The notes below the pieces were generated by a model. It made no database searches, was not told where the DNA came from, and was given only the letters and a program-made list of their open reading frames with translations. A DNA stretch of 58,194 nucleotides from assembly GCA_025361085.1 (NCBI GenBank), contig JANYAX010000001.1:1-58194 (forward strand), written 5' to 3'. Positions 1-8,528 of this stretch are shown piece after piece. The stretch is from Candidatus Nomurabacteria bacterium (GTDB lineage: Bacteria; Patescibacteriota; Minisyncoccia; Phycocordibacterales; UBA9973). A program made the translations under genes and the position numbers. The first letter of the stretch is position 1. Each line of letters opens with the position of its first letter.

Positions 1-90
1 TCCTCATTTTAGCCGGATATGCCGGTTGTTGATTTCTGTTTGCCATAGTTATGATTCTTATTAAATTAAGGTATTAAAAGCTAGTTAACC

Positions 91-124
91 TTTGTCACCC
101 CAATCTAACATATTTGTCACCCCA
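91..124. repeat. Direct repeat, 2 x TTTGTCACCCCA with a 22-bp period, bracketed by inverted GTTAACC (85-91) and GGTTAAC (128-134)
   Basis: Read directly from the sequence; copies at 91-102 and 113-124 are identical. Confidence 0.9.
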
Positions 125-208
125 TATGGTTAACTGAACACTCGGTAGATATTATTGCTGATTTTTGCTAAAATAGGTCCGAGCCTTGTTTAAAAGGTAC
201 TCCAAATT

Positions 209-1210
209 TTAAATGTAAAAATCTTTTAGTTCTTTTGTCACTTTTTCGTCTAGAAGATTTTTTTCGGCCATCCACTCATCACAAAAAGCATGCGTTAAAT
301 AACTTTCTCCACTGTCGCCGATAATCAAAACCATCTTTTTTATTTTTTCCGAGACTGGTTCGCTCTTAATAAATTTCATGGCGTAATAGAGCATCATTCC
401 ACTTGAGTCTCCGACGAGTAATCCTTTACTCTCGGCGAAAAATCTCATAGTGTTGAATGCCTCTTTGTCGGCAACATAATCGTGTTTATCAAATAGAGCA
501 GTGTCGATATTTTTTGGCAATATTGCTCCAGCCGGGTAACCAGGTCCTGAAATGAAATATCCGTGCCCATGTGGCGAGAAGTGGCTCGAGCCCTTTGGTT
601 CAAGCGCTATTATTTTGGTTTGCCCATGCTCTTTGATATATTGCCCTGATCCAGAAAGGGAACTGCCAGTTCCTATTGTCCCGACCAAGTAATCTGCATC
701 TGGAACTTGCTCAAAAATTTCTTTTCCCAAAGTATCATAGTAACCTTTAGGGTTTTCAGGGTTGTCGTATTGGTCGAGATTGATACCACCTCTTTCTTCT
801 GCTAATCGCTTGGCCGTTTTACGGCGGATATCTACCAAGTGCCCACCCTTCTTGTCCTCATCATCACTGCAAAAATGCAATTTCCCGCCGTAAGCTTTGA
901 TAGATCGTAGTTTGTCGGCTGGGGCATGTTCATCGACAATGGCGGTAAATTTGTACCCTCGAGCCGCCGAGAGCATAGCCAGAGCTTTGGCCGTGTTGCC
1001 AGAAGAAGATTCAAAAATTTCCATCCCTCTTTTTAATTTACCAGTTTTTTCAGCCCAATCCATCAGAGATCTAGCGGTTCGATCTTTAAAACTTCCAGCT
1101 GGGTTAAAATATTCTAATTTTAGATAAATCTTCCAATCGGGTCTTGCTGTTTTTATCTCTAGTATGGGTGTGTTGCCGATGAGTTCATCGAGTTTGGTAT
1201 TTATGGTCAT
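209..1210 (-). CDS. PLP-dependent cysteine synthase / cystathionine beta-synthase family enzyme
   Basis: 333-aa ORF with PLP-lysine motif NPAGSFKDR, SSGNTA and the GTIGTGSS glycine loop typical of the Trp-synthase-beta-like fold. Confidence 0.8.
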   Translation of the reverse strand: MTINTKLDELIGNTPILEIKTARPDWKIYLKLEYFNPAGSFKDRTARSLMDWAEKTGKLKRGMEIFESSSGNTAKALAMLSAARGYKFTAIVDEHAPADKLRSIKAYGGKLHFCSDDEDKKGGHLVDIRRKTAKRLAEERGGINLDQYDNPENPKGYYDTLGKEIFEQVPDADYLVGTIGTGSSLSGSGQYIKEHGQTKIIALEPKGSSHFSPHGHGYFISGPGYPAGAILPKNIDTALFDKHDYVADKEAFNTMRFFAESKGLLVGDSSGMMLYYAMKFIKSEPVSEKIKKMVLIIGDSGESYLTHAFCDEWMAEKNLLDEKVTKELKDFYI

Positions 1211-1277
1211 TTTTCTATTATATAGGGGTTTTATATTTTTGTTAATTGTGATATTTTTATTAGAGTGGAATTACATT

Positions 1278-1314
1278 CCCTCTACTTTATAAGGAGAGGG
1301 GCAGGGGGTGAGGT
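1278..1314 (+). repeat. G+C-rich repeat copy in the prfB leader (CCCTCTACTTTATAAGGAGAGGGGCAGGGGGTGAGGT)
   Basis: Matches 1680-1717 inside prfB with 3 substitutions and one 1-nt indel; its 3' end (GAGGTG, about 10 nt before ATG 1327) is the only Shine-Dalgarno-like sequence for prfB. Confidence 0.85.
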
Positions 1315-1326
1315 GGATTAATTAAT

Positions 1327-2280
1327 ATGGAAAACAATACCGAAGAATTAAAGAAAGAAATAGAAACTCTTGAAGGCCAGATGATGGAAGGGAATTTCTG
1401 GAATGATAAAACAAAAGCGCAAGCGACGATAAAGCGGATTGCTTTTTTGAAAGACGAAATACTTGGTGCGCAGAAATACGATAAGGGGAATGCTATCCTT
1501 TCGATTCTCTCTGGTGCTGGTGGTGATGATGCCGAAGACTTTTCGGCCATGCTTCTAAAGATGTACATGAAGTATATTGAGAAAATGAATTGGAAGTGGA
1601 GTGTGATTCATGAGAATAAAAATGACAATGGTGGTTATCGCAATGTATCAATCGAGGTCAAGGGGGTTGGTTCTAAACCCCCTCTCCTTACTAAGGAGAG
1701 GGGGCAGGGGGTGAGGTCTTTTGCGGGGGTGACTGGTCCTTACGGCACACTGAAAAATGAATCTGGTGTTCATCGTTTAGTCCGCATTTCTCCATTTAAT
1801 GCGAATGCCAAGCGTCACACTTCTTTTTCTTTAATTGAAGTCATTCCAGAATTTGAGAAAAGTGATAAAGTTATCGAGATTCCACAGAACGATCTCAAGA
1901 TCGAACTTTCTAAATCGGGGGGCCCTGGCGGGCAGAATGTGAACAAGCGCGAGACGGCTGTTCGAGTAGTTCATTTGCCGACAAACTTATCTGTCCATGT
2001 TACTTCTGAGCGTTCTCAAGAGCAAAATAAAGAAAAAGCACTTGAGATGCTCAAAGGTAAACTTTTCAAGAAAAGAGAAGAAGACAAAAAGCGCGAAAAA
2101 GACGGTTTATCTATTTCCAAGACGACAGACATCGAATGGGGGAACCAAATCCGCTCTTATGTGCTTCATCCTTATAAAATGGTCAAAGATCATCGCACGG
2201 GAGTTGAAGTTGGTAATGTTGACTCCGTCCTTTTAGATGGTGCGATTGATGAATTTATTGAAGCCGAACGTGATTTGTGA
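1327..2280 (+). CDS. prfB: Peptide chain release factor 2
   Basis: 317-aa ORF with SPF (RISPFNANAKRHTSF) and GGQ (SGGPGGQNVNKRETAVR) motifs; single uninterrupted ORF; carries an insert of about 20 aa encoded by the repeat at 1678-1717. Confidence 0.9.
   Translation: MENNTEELKKEIETLEGQMMEGNFWNDKTKAQATIKRIAFLKDEILGAQKYDKGNAILSILSGAGGDDAEDFSAMLLKMYMKYIEKMNWKWSVIHENKNDNGGYRNVSIEVKGVGSKPPLLTKERGQGVRSFAGVTGPYGTLKNESGVHRLVRISPFNANAKRHTSFSLIEVIPEFEKSDKVIEIPQNDLKIELSKSGGPGGQNVNKRETAVRVVHLPTNLSVHVTSERSQEQNKEKALEMLKGKLFKKREEDKKREKDGLSISKTTDIEWGNQIRSYVLHPYKMVKDHRTGVEVGNVDSVLLDGAIDEFIEAERDL
1678..1717 (+). repeat. In-frame G+C-rich palindromic element inside prfB
   Basis: CCCCCTCTCCTTA-C-TAAGGAGAGGGGG is a perfect 13-bp inverted repeat followed by CAGGGGGTGAGGT; it encodes KPPLLTKERGQGVRS between IEVKG and PYGTLKNESGVHRLVR; second copy at 1278-1314. 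Confidence 0.85.
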
Positions 2281-2296
2281 TATTCTTAATAAGGTA

Positions 2297-2974
2297 ATGA
2301 TTTATTTCAATAATGTTACAAAAAAATATCCTGGAACGGTATCATTGGAAGATATAAATATGACAATAACTCAGGGAGAATTTGTAGCTATTGTGGGCCA
2401 TTCTGGTGCTGGCAAGACGACTCTAACCAAATTAATTTTAGCTGAAGAGGCTCCCACCGACGGGACTGTTTTCTTTGAATCTACCGATATCCACAAACTT
2501 TCTTCAAAAGATTTGATGAATTTTCGTCGTAAGGTCGGTATTGTTTTCCAAGATTTTCGACTTTTGTCAAATAAAACCGCCTATGAGAATATCGCTTTTG
2601 CAATGGAAGCAATAGAAAAAGACGAAAACGATATCGCTCAAGATGTTCCTCATGTACTTGAACTCGTAGATCTTACCGCCAAGGCTTCTCATTTCCCTCA
2701 TCAACTTTCAGGTGGAGAGAAGCAACGCCTCGCTATTGCCCGTGCGATCATAACCCAACCCGATTTGATTATCGCCGACGAGCCAACAGGTAATCTTGAC
2801 CCTATCAATACTAGTGATGTAGTGAACCTTTTGAAAAAGATAAACGATCTTGGTACAACAGTTATCATAACTACTCACAATAGAAATGTTGTTGATCAAA
2901 TCAAGAAAAGAGTTATAACCCTAGAAAATGGCCGTATAATTAGGGATGATAAGGAAGGTAAATATATGTTATAA
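2297..2974 (+). CDS. ftsE: Cell-division ABC ATPase FtsE
   Basis: Walker [10 protein letters not shown], signature LSGGEKQR, Walker B LIIADEP; ATG 2297 follows the prfB stop; followed by ftsX. Confidence 0.9.
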   Translation: MIYFNNVTKKYPGTVSLEDINMTITQGEFVAIVGHSGAGKTTLTKLILAEEAPTDGTVFFESTDIHKLSSKDLMNFRRKVGIVFQDFRLLSNKTAYENIAFAMEAIEKDENDIAQDVPHVLELVDLTAKASHFPHQLSGGEKQRLAIARAIITQPDLIIADEPTGNLDPINTSDVVNLLKKINDLGTTVIITTHNRNVVDQIKKRVITLENGRIIRDDKEGKYML

Positions 2975-2981
2975 TACGCCT

Positions 2982-3905
2982 ATGTTTTTTACTAAATTAA
3001 AAAGAATAATAGTTTCAGGTTATCGTAATTTCTCACGTAGTGGTTTCACTTCCGTAGCCAGCATTCTAGTCATGACGATAACTCTCTTTGTCGTAATCTC
3101 GCTTATTTTTACTCAAGCGGCACTCAATTCATCTCTCAATGATATAAAAGAAAAGGTTGATGTGACTGTTTATTTTGTTTCAGACGCACCAGAAGCTTCG
3201 ATAATGGATGTCAAAGAGGCTCTCAAGAAATTACCAGAAGTCAAAGAGATTACTTACACTTCTCAAGATGAAGCTCTGACAAAATTCAAAGAAAAACATT
3301 CCAACGATTATCTTACTCTTCAAGCTCTCGATGAATTAGGATCAAATCCACTTGGAGCATCTCTCAGTATTAAAGCAGAAGATCCCTCGCAATATGAAAG
3401 TATTTCAAAATATTTTGATAATGAATCCAATCTTTCAAGAGGTGATTTAACAATTATCGATAAAGTAGATTATAGTCAAAATAAAGTTGTCATTGACAAG
3501 CTTACCTCGATTATAAATGGTGCCAAAGAACTTGGTTTTGCCATTTCGCTTATACTAGTTATTATTTCAATATTAATTACATTCAATACGATTCGCCTTA
3601 TCATTTATATGTCACGTGAAGAAATAAGTGTCATGAAGTTAGTCGGAGCCGGTGGCCGATTCATCCGTGGACCATTCATCGTTTCAGGTGTATTGGTCGG
3701 AATTCTGGCCGCTCTTCTTACCACCGTATTGTTATTTCCCGTGTCTATCTGGCTTGGAAATAGGATGACAGATTTTGTTGGGATTAATCTTTACACATAT
3801 TATAAATCAAATTTCTTTCAGTTATTTATTATCATGCTAGGGTCTGGTGTAATAATTGGAAGTATATCCAGTATTTTTGCCATTCACCGTTATCTAAGAA
3901 AGTAA
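2982..3905 (+). CDS. ftsX: Cell-division permease-like protein FtsX
   Basis: N-terminal TM, extracytoplasmic domain, three C-terminal TMs; lies immediately after ftsE; ATG 2982. Confidence 0.85.
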   Translation: MFFTKLKRIIVSGYRNFSRSGFTSVASILVMTITLFVVISLIFTQAALNSSLNDIKEKVDVTVYFVSDAPEASIMDVKEALKKLPEVKEITYTSQDEALTKFKEKHSNDYLTLQALDELGSNPLGASLSIKAEDPSQYESISKYFDNESNLSRGDLTIIDKVDYSQNKVVIDKLTSIINGAKELGFAISLILVIISILITFNTIRLIIYMSREEISVMKLVGAGGRFIRGPFIVSGVLVGILAALLTTVLLFPVSIWLGNRMTDFVGINLYTYYKSNFFQLFIIMLGSGVIIGSISSIFAIHRYLRK

Positions 3906-4019
3906 TAAAGATACCTGTCCCGTATTAAATTTTTGATTACGTGATTTTATGATATATAATACGAGCATTGAAATATAGAAACATTATGATTAATTATAAA
4001 TTAAAATTTTAATATCGGG

Positions 4020-5681
4020 ATGAAGGACGAAAATGTAGAAAAAAATCTACCAAAATATATCTTCGTAGTTGGCGGAGTAATTTCTGGTGTGGGGAAAGGG
4101 GTAGCAGCATCATCAATCGGTCTCATCATGCAAGCACGAGGTTACAAAGTGACTTCTATAAAGATCGACCCATATATAAACGTAGACGCAGGAACGATGA
4201 ACCCTACAGAACACGGAGAAGTTTTTGTGCTTGACGATGGAGATGAGTGTGATCAAGACATGGGTAACTATGAACGTTTCTTGGGAGAAGATTTGGGTCG
4301 TTCGAATTACATGACGACTGGTCGTGTGTATCAAGAAGTTATTCGTAAAGAAAGAAATCTAGAATACAAAGGCAAGAACGTTGAAGTTGTGCCCGATGTA
4401 CCATTTGAAGTTATCAGAAGAATCAAAGAAGCTACAAAAAATACAAATTCAGACATTACAATTATCGAAATAGGTGGAACTGTCGGCGAATATCAGAACG
4501 TTCTTTTCCTAGAAGCTGCTCGTATCTTGAAAGCCAAGCACCCTACCGATGTCGCTTTCGTTCTCGTTTCTTATCTACCAGTACCTTCAAACCTTGGAGA
4601 AATGAAAACAAAGCCAACACAGTACGCTTCTCGAACACTCAATTCTGCTGGAGTTCAAGCTGACGTGATTATTGCTCGCGGGCCAATAGCTCTTGATAAA
4701 AAACGAAAAGAAAAGATTGCCCTATTTTGTAATGTGCCCGAGGAAAATGTCATATCGGCACCCGATGTGAAAAGTATCTATGATATTCCACTAAATTTTG
4801 AAAAAGATAAAATGGGTGAAACTCTTACAAGAGTTCTTCATTTACCAAAGAAAACTGCCAATCTTACAAAATGGAAAAATTTTGTTTCAAAAACAAAGAA
4901 TGGCGAAGAGAAAGTAAAAATCGCGGTAGTTGGAAAGTATTTTGATTCTGGTGATTTCGTTCTCTCCGATGTTTATATCTCAATACTTGAAGCTTTGAAA
5001 TTCTCATCATACGAATCGCACGTCGGCATCGAGATTGCTTGTGTAAATTCAAAAGATTTTGAATCAAAGAAAATTCCATTATCAATGCTCAAGAAATACG
5101 ATGGGGTTATCGTGCCGGGAGGTTTTGGAGAAAGTGGTATAGAGGGTATCATTTCTGCAATCGGTTATGCTCGCAAAGAAAAGATTCCATATTTTGGATT
5201 GTGTTATGGCATGCAACTTTTAGTTATCGAATTTGCTCGTAATGTACTTGGATTGAAAGATGCAAACACACGCGAGATTAATCCTAAATCAAAAAATCTT
5301 GTTATCGACGTGATGGAAGACCAGAAAGAAAAGATCAAGAATAATAATCTTGGTGGAAGCATGAGACTTGGGGCTTACCCTGCAACGCTTGTGAAGGGAA
5401 CAATAGCTAGAAATGCTTATGGTACTAGTACCATCTCGGAACGTCATCGTCACCGTTATGAAGTAAATAATGAATACAAAGAGAAATTAGAAAAGGCCGG
5501 GTTGATATTCTCTGGAATGTCTCCCGACGGAAAGCTTTGTGAAATCGCAGAATTATCTACGAAAGATCACCCTTTTTTCTTGGGAACGCAATTCCATCCA
5601 GAATTCAAAGCGCGTCCACTTTCGCCGCACCCACTCTTTTCTGCTTTCATAAAAGCTTGTATTAAGAATAAAAAGAAATAA
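4020..5681 (+). CDS. pyrG: CTP synthase
   Basis: 553 aa with an N-terminal synthetase domain (GGVISGVGKG) and a C-terminal glutamine amidotransferase (GLCYGMQ, HRHRYEVN). Confidence 0.95.
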   Translation: MKDENVEKNLPKYIFVVGGVISGVGKGVAASSIGLIMQARGYKVTSIKIDPYINVDAGTMNPTEHGEVFVLDDGDECDQDMGNYERFLGEDLGRSNYMTTGRVYQEVIRKERNLEYKGKNVEVVPDVPFEVIRRIKEATKNTNSDITIIEIGGTVGEYQNVLFLEAARILKAKHPTDVAFVLVSYLPVPSNLGEMKTKPTQYASRTLNSAGVQADVIIARGPIALDKKRKEKIALFCNVPEENVISAPDVKSIYDIPLNFEKDKMGETLTRVLHLPKKTANLTKWKNFVSKTKNGEEKVKIAVVGKYFDSGDFVLSDVYISILEALKFSSYESHVGIEIACVNSKDFESKKIPLSMLKKYDGVIVPGGFGESGIEGIISAIGYARKEKIPYFGLCYGMQLLVIEFARNVLGLKDANTREINPKSKNLVIDVMEDQKEKIKNNNLGGSMRLGAYPATLVKGTIARNAYGTSTISERHRHRYEVNNEYKEKLEKAGLIFSGMSPDGKLCEIAELSTKDHPFFLGTQFHPEFKARPLSPHPLFSAFIKACIKNKKK

Positions 5682-5683
5682 AT

Positions 5684-5718
5684 AAAAGAAAAACCCAAAT
5701 AATTTGGGTTTTTCTTTT
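5684..5718. terminator. Bidirectional intrinsic terminator between pyrG and the LOG-family gene
   Basis: AAAAGAAAAACCCAAA-TAA-TTTGGGTTTTTCTTTT hairpin with A/T runs on both sides. Confidence 0.8.
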
Positions 5719-5720
5719 AT

Positions 5721-6395
5721 TTATTTTAATGAATCTTCTCCGTTTCGTATTTTACTATTTTTTATGATTTCAAGAATTTCATCTTCGTCATCTTTTATAA
5801 CATACAAACTCACGTCATTTTCATTTACAGTTTGATATTTTTCTAGTAAATTTTCTCTTATAACTTTCTCTATTGGTTGCCAGAATTCAGAACCAAAGAG
5901 GATTACTGGGATTTTCCCGATTTTCATTGTCTGCTGTAGGGTTAAAATTTCAAAAAGTTCATTTAGTGTGCCAAAACCTCCAGGACCAAAGATACAGACC
6001 TCTGTAGAGTATGACATTGTTGATTGTCTGGTGAAAAAATAGTGAAATGGAATTTCATCTGTTAGGTAAGGGTTAGCTATTTGTTCGTTCGGTAGCTTAA
6101 TTGTAAGACCGACAGACTTGCCTCCAGCTTCAAATCCTCCTCTATTTGCGGCTTCCATTATTCCAGGGCCTCCTCCAGAGAGAATTGCGTACCCCAATTC
6201 TTTTGATATTCGATAAGTTAAATTTCTTACCTTTTCATAATAAGGGTGACCTTCTCTTACTCGTGTTGATCCATAAAAAGTAACTGATGGATTAAATTGG
6301 CCGACCGTCTCGAGCCCTTGATGGAACTCTTCTTGAATCATTTTTAATTTTATATCTACTACATTTTTATCATTATTATCTTGCATGTGGGTCAT
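5721..6395 (-). CDS. LOG-family (TIGR00730-type) nucleotide phosphoribohydrolase
   Basis: SGGGPGIMEAANRG and PGGFGTLNELFE motifs. Confidence 0.85.
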   Translation of the reverse strand: MTHMQDNNDKNVVDIKLKMIQEEFHQGLETVGQFNPSVTFYGSTRVREGHPYYEKVRNLTYRISKELGYAILSGGGPGIMEAANRGGFEAGGKSVGLTIKLPNEQIANPYLTDEIPFHYFFTRQSTMSYSTEVCIFGPGGFGTLNELFEILTLQQTMKIGKIPVILFGSEFWQPIEKVIRENLLEKYQTVNENDVSLYVIKDDEDEILEIIKNSKIRNGEDSLK

Positions 6396-6468
6396 TGTAC
6401 TATAATTTTAAACGTTTTTCAACCCGTATCGAAATTGTTTTTTCACAATTTTGTGGTACTATGATGGG

Positions 6469-6474
6469 TATAAT
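6469..6474 (+). promoter_or_regulatory. Putative -10 box (TATAAT) for tRNA-Gln
   Basis: TATAAT ends 7 nt before tRNA position 1; no convincing -35 box. Confidence 0.35.
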
Positions 6475-6481
6475 TATAAAT

Positions 6482-6555
6482 TACGGGATCGTCTAACGGT
6501 AGGACGTCGCTCTCTGAAAGCGAAAATTTTGGTTCGATTCCAAGTCCCGTAGCCA
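6482..6555 (+). tRNA. tRNA-Gln (anticodon CUG), CCA encoded
   Basis: Manual cloverleaf with acceptor TACGGGA/TCCCGTA, D stem GTCT/GGAC, anticodon stem TCGCT/AGCGA with loop CTCTGAA, T arm TTTGG-TTCGATT-CCAAG; U1-A72 and G73 as in bacterial tRNA-Gln. Confidence 0.9.
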
Positions 6556-6556
6556 A

Positions 6557-7129
6557 ATGGAAAATTTAAATAAAAAAATTATATATGATGAACAAGGGTT
6601 GAAACCAGGTTCAGATTATGAAAAGGGCCAGTGGAAAAATATTGCCGTTCATAATGATAAAGAGGTCAGAGGTTTCTTCGGAGAATATCGTTTTTTGAAC
6701 AATTTTTGGCCAGCTAGAGTTATATTAGAAGATGATGAATACCATGCGACAGAAAATGCTTATCAAGCTTCAAAATATAAAAAAGAGATGAGAGAATATT
6801 TTAAAACTTGCACCCCTAAAGAGGCTGTAGCTTTCGTTCGAGATAACCCCATGGGTATATATACAAGAGAAGAATGGGATAAAGTTAAATTAGAAATAAT
6901 GAGAAAATTGTTAGAGCAAAAATTTGATAAAAATTTAAATCCTGAAAACTATAAAAAATTAATAGAAACCGGAGATAAATATCTTGAGGAGACAAATTAT
7001 TGGGAAGACAAATATTGGGGCGTAAGCAAAATTGACGCTAGTGAAAATGGAATCGGCGAAAATAATCTCGGCAAATTATTAATGGAAATCAGAAGTGAGT
7101 ATCATGAGGCAAGACCTCACGATATATAA
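6557..7129 (+). CDS. NADAR (YbiA/DUF1768)-family protein
   Basis: 190 aa; FFGEYRFLNNFWP, ENAYQASKY and YWG motifs recalled from the family; ATG lies 1 nt after the tRNA CCA end. Confidence 0.75.
   Translation: MENLNKKIIYDEQGLKPGSDYEKGQWKNIAVHNDKEVRGFFGEYRFLNNFWPARVILEDDEYHATENAYQASKYKKEMREYFKTCTPKEAVAFVRDNPMGIYTREEWDKVKLEIMRKLLEQKFDKNLNPENYKKLIETGDKYLEETNYWEDKYWGVSKIDASENGIGENNLGKLLMEIRSEYHEARPHDI
7034..7099 (+). repeat. Left copy of a 66-bp direct repeat (3' part of the NADAR gene)
   Basis: 65 of 66 nt identical to 9218-9283. Confidence 0.95.
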
Positions 7130-7164
7130 AACCTAGTACAATATAGATTTTGTAATTAAAAGAA

Positions 7165-7190
7165 AACAGCCCATGTTTAGTGGGCTGTTT
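7165..7190 (+). terminator. Intrinsic terminator after the NADAR gene
   Basis: AACAGCCCA-TGTTTAG-TGGGCTGTT followed by T. Confidence 0.7.
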
Positions 7191-7371
7191 CGTCCAGTGC
7201 TATCTGCCAGATAGGTTCCATGTCTATAGGGGTTTTAATTTCAACCCCAGACCGTCTTGTGGCAGCGTCTGCGGTTATTAGATGAAAACAATAACTTAAT
7301 TATTATATTACATACATCGTAATAAAAATCAACTTTTATCGTGGAATAAAAAATAATGATATAATAAATTT

Positions 7372-7623
7372 ATGGAAAATAATAAAAAATTATGGTTTAG
7401 AAGAAAATTGTATGGTTGGGGGTGGACACCATCAACTTGGGAAGGGTGGGTGGTTTTGCTAGTTTGGGCGGTAATTTTTGTTTCTATTGTAAGTAAAGTT
7501 AATGATCATGAAGGGATCAACAATATTGTTTTTGTATTTATCTCAGTGCTGGTTTTGCTCTTTGTTTGCTACAAAAAAGGTGAAAAGCCACGCTGGCAAT
7601 GGGGAAAAAGAAAAGAAGATTAA
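7372..7623 (+). CDS. Small membrane protein (hypothetical)
   Basis: 83 aa; WGWTPSTWEGW followed by two hydrophobic helices and a basic tail. Confidence 0.5.
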   Translation: MENNKKLWFRRKLYGWGWTPSTWEGWVVLLVWAVIFVSIVSKVNDHEGINNIVFVFISVLVLLFVCYKKGEKPRWQWGKRKED

Positions 7624-7653
7624 AAGAATTAATAAATAAGTATAATATATATT

Positions 7654-7839
7654 ATGAAAAACGATATTTGTAAAAGTAGTTCATCTTGTGCGATTTATTT
7701 TATAGGTTTTATTGGTGGAGCAATATATTTTATCTCCCATGCGACAACTTTTTGGATGGGTGTTTTGGGAATCTTGAAAGCAATAGCATGGCCAGCGTAT
7801 TTGGTTTATCATTCACTCGGTTTCTTTGGCCTAAAATAG
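7654..7839 (+). CDS. Small membrane protein (hypothetical)
   Basis: 61 aa with two predicted TM helices; no family recognised. Confidence 0.4.
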   Translation: MKNDICKSSSSCAIYFIGFIGGAIYFISHATTFWMGVLGILKAIAWPAYLVYHSLGFFGLK

Positions 7840-7918
7840 CTTTACATAATATTGTCGTGAGGCAAGACTTAATGAACCACACGTCGATTATTATAATAAA
7901 GTGATATAATCAAAATAT

Positions 7919-8317
7919 ATGATAGAAAATATTTATCCAGAAGATTGGCAACAAACAAGAGGTTTTTATTCACCAGCAAAAAAGATTGATATGGGTGATT
8001 TTTATATGATATATGTATCTGGACAACAGGTCGGCAAGAATAAAAATAATGAAGCTATTACAAACGGCATAGAAGAACAAACAGAACTTGTATTCCATGC
8101 GATTGAAAATATATTAAAATCAGCTGGTGCCTCAATGAAAGATGTTGTAAAAGCTCAAATATTTTTAACTGATATAAATGATTTTCCAAAAGTTTCTGCT
8201 ATTCGAGATAACTGGTTTGCTGAAAGCAAACCAGTTAGTACATTACTTGAAGTAAATGCCATGACTCGCAAAGGAGCAAAAATTGAGATCGAAGTGACTG
8301 CCTTTATTAAAAAATAA
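7919..8317 (+). CDS. RidA/YjgF/UK114-family protein
   Basis: 132 aa; family-typical length and a C-terminal KIEIEVTA segment. Confidence 0.8.
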   Translation: MIENIYPEDWQQTRGFYSPAKKIDMGDFYMIYVSGQQVGKNKNNEAITNGIEEQTELVFHAIENILKSAGASMKDVVKAQIFLTDINDFPKVSAIRDNWFAESKPVSTLLEVNAMTRKGAKIEIEVTAFIKK

Positions 8318-8528
8318 TTATAATAAATTTTGATAAAAAATATGAGAATAATAGTGGATAGTGAAGATAATATTTTAGGTCTCGGTGATGATAATAAAAT
8401 GTATATATGAAATGAGCATTCAGCTACATGGGACTTGCTTCGAGTAAAATAAAGTTAGTCAACGCTCGAGATGCGTTATTGATGTATACTAAAAGTAGTA
8501 AAATAGTGTTGCGAGGCTATGAAATAAA

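Noticed and set aside
91-124. CRISPR-like or tandem array
   Set aside because: Only two 12-nt copies are present, with no further repeats or cas genes.
1327-1450. Programmed +1 frameshift in prfB
   Set aside because: RF2 is encoded by one uninterrupted ORF from ATG 1327, and no in-frame early UGA or CUU-UGA-type site is present.
832-1568. Nested antisense or alternate-frame ORFs of 60-150 aa throughout the track (for example 832-1014, 897-1127, 1287-1568, 12205-12522, 54616-54966, 55368-55817)
   Set aside because: They lie wholly inside strongly supported genes and have low-complexity or hydrophobic junk composition with no motifs. Such ORFs are expected by chance in AT-rich DNA.
2237-2296. 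5' extensions of ORF-track entries (starts at 2237, 2946, 9371, 13186, 29250, 31651, 44286, 45349, 46912, 49506, 51278, 20544, 20999, 25269)
   Set aside because: Each extension overlaps the preceding gene or intergenic repeat DNA. It adds residues absent from the conserved family N-terminus, and an internal ATG placed just after the upstream stop gives the canonical N-terminus.
3916-3924. TCCCGTA 7-mer identical to the tRNA-Gln 3' acceptor arm at 3918-3924 and 23873-23879, suggesting tRNA fragments or att sites
   Set aside because: Similarity does not extend into the T arm, and both are explained as arms of local hairpins. It is kept only as a low-interest repeat.
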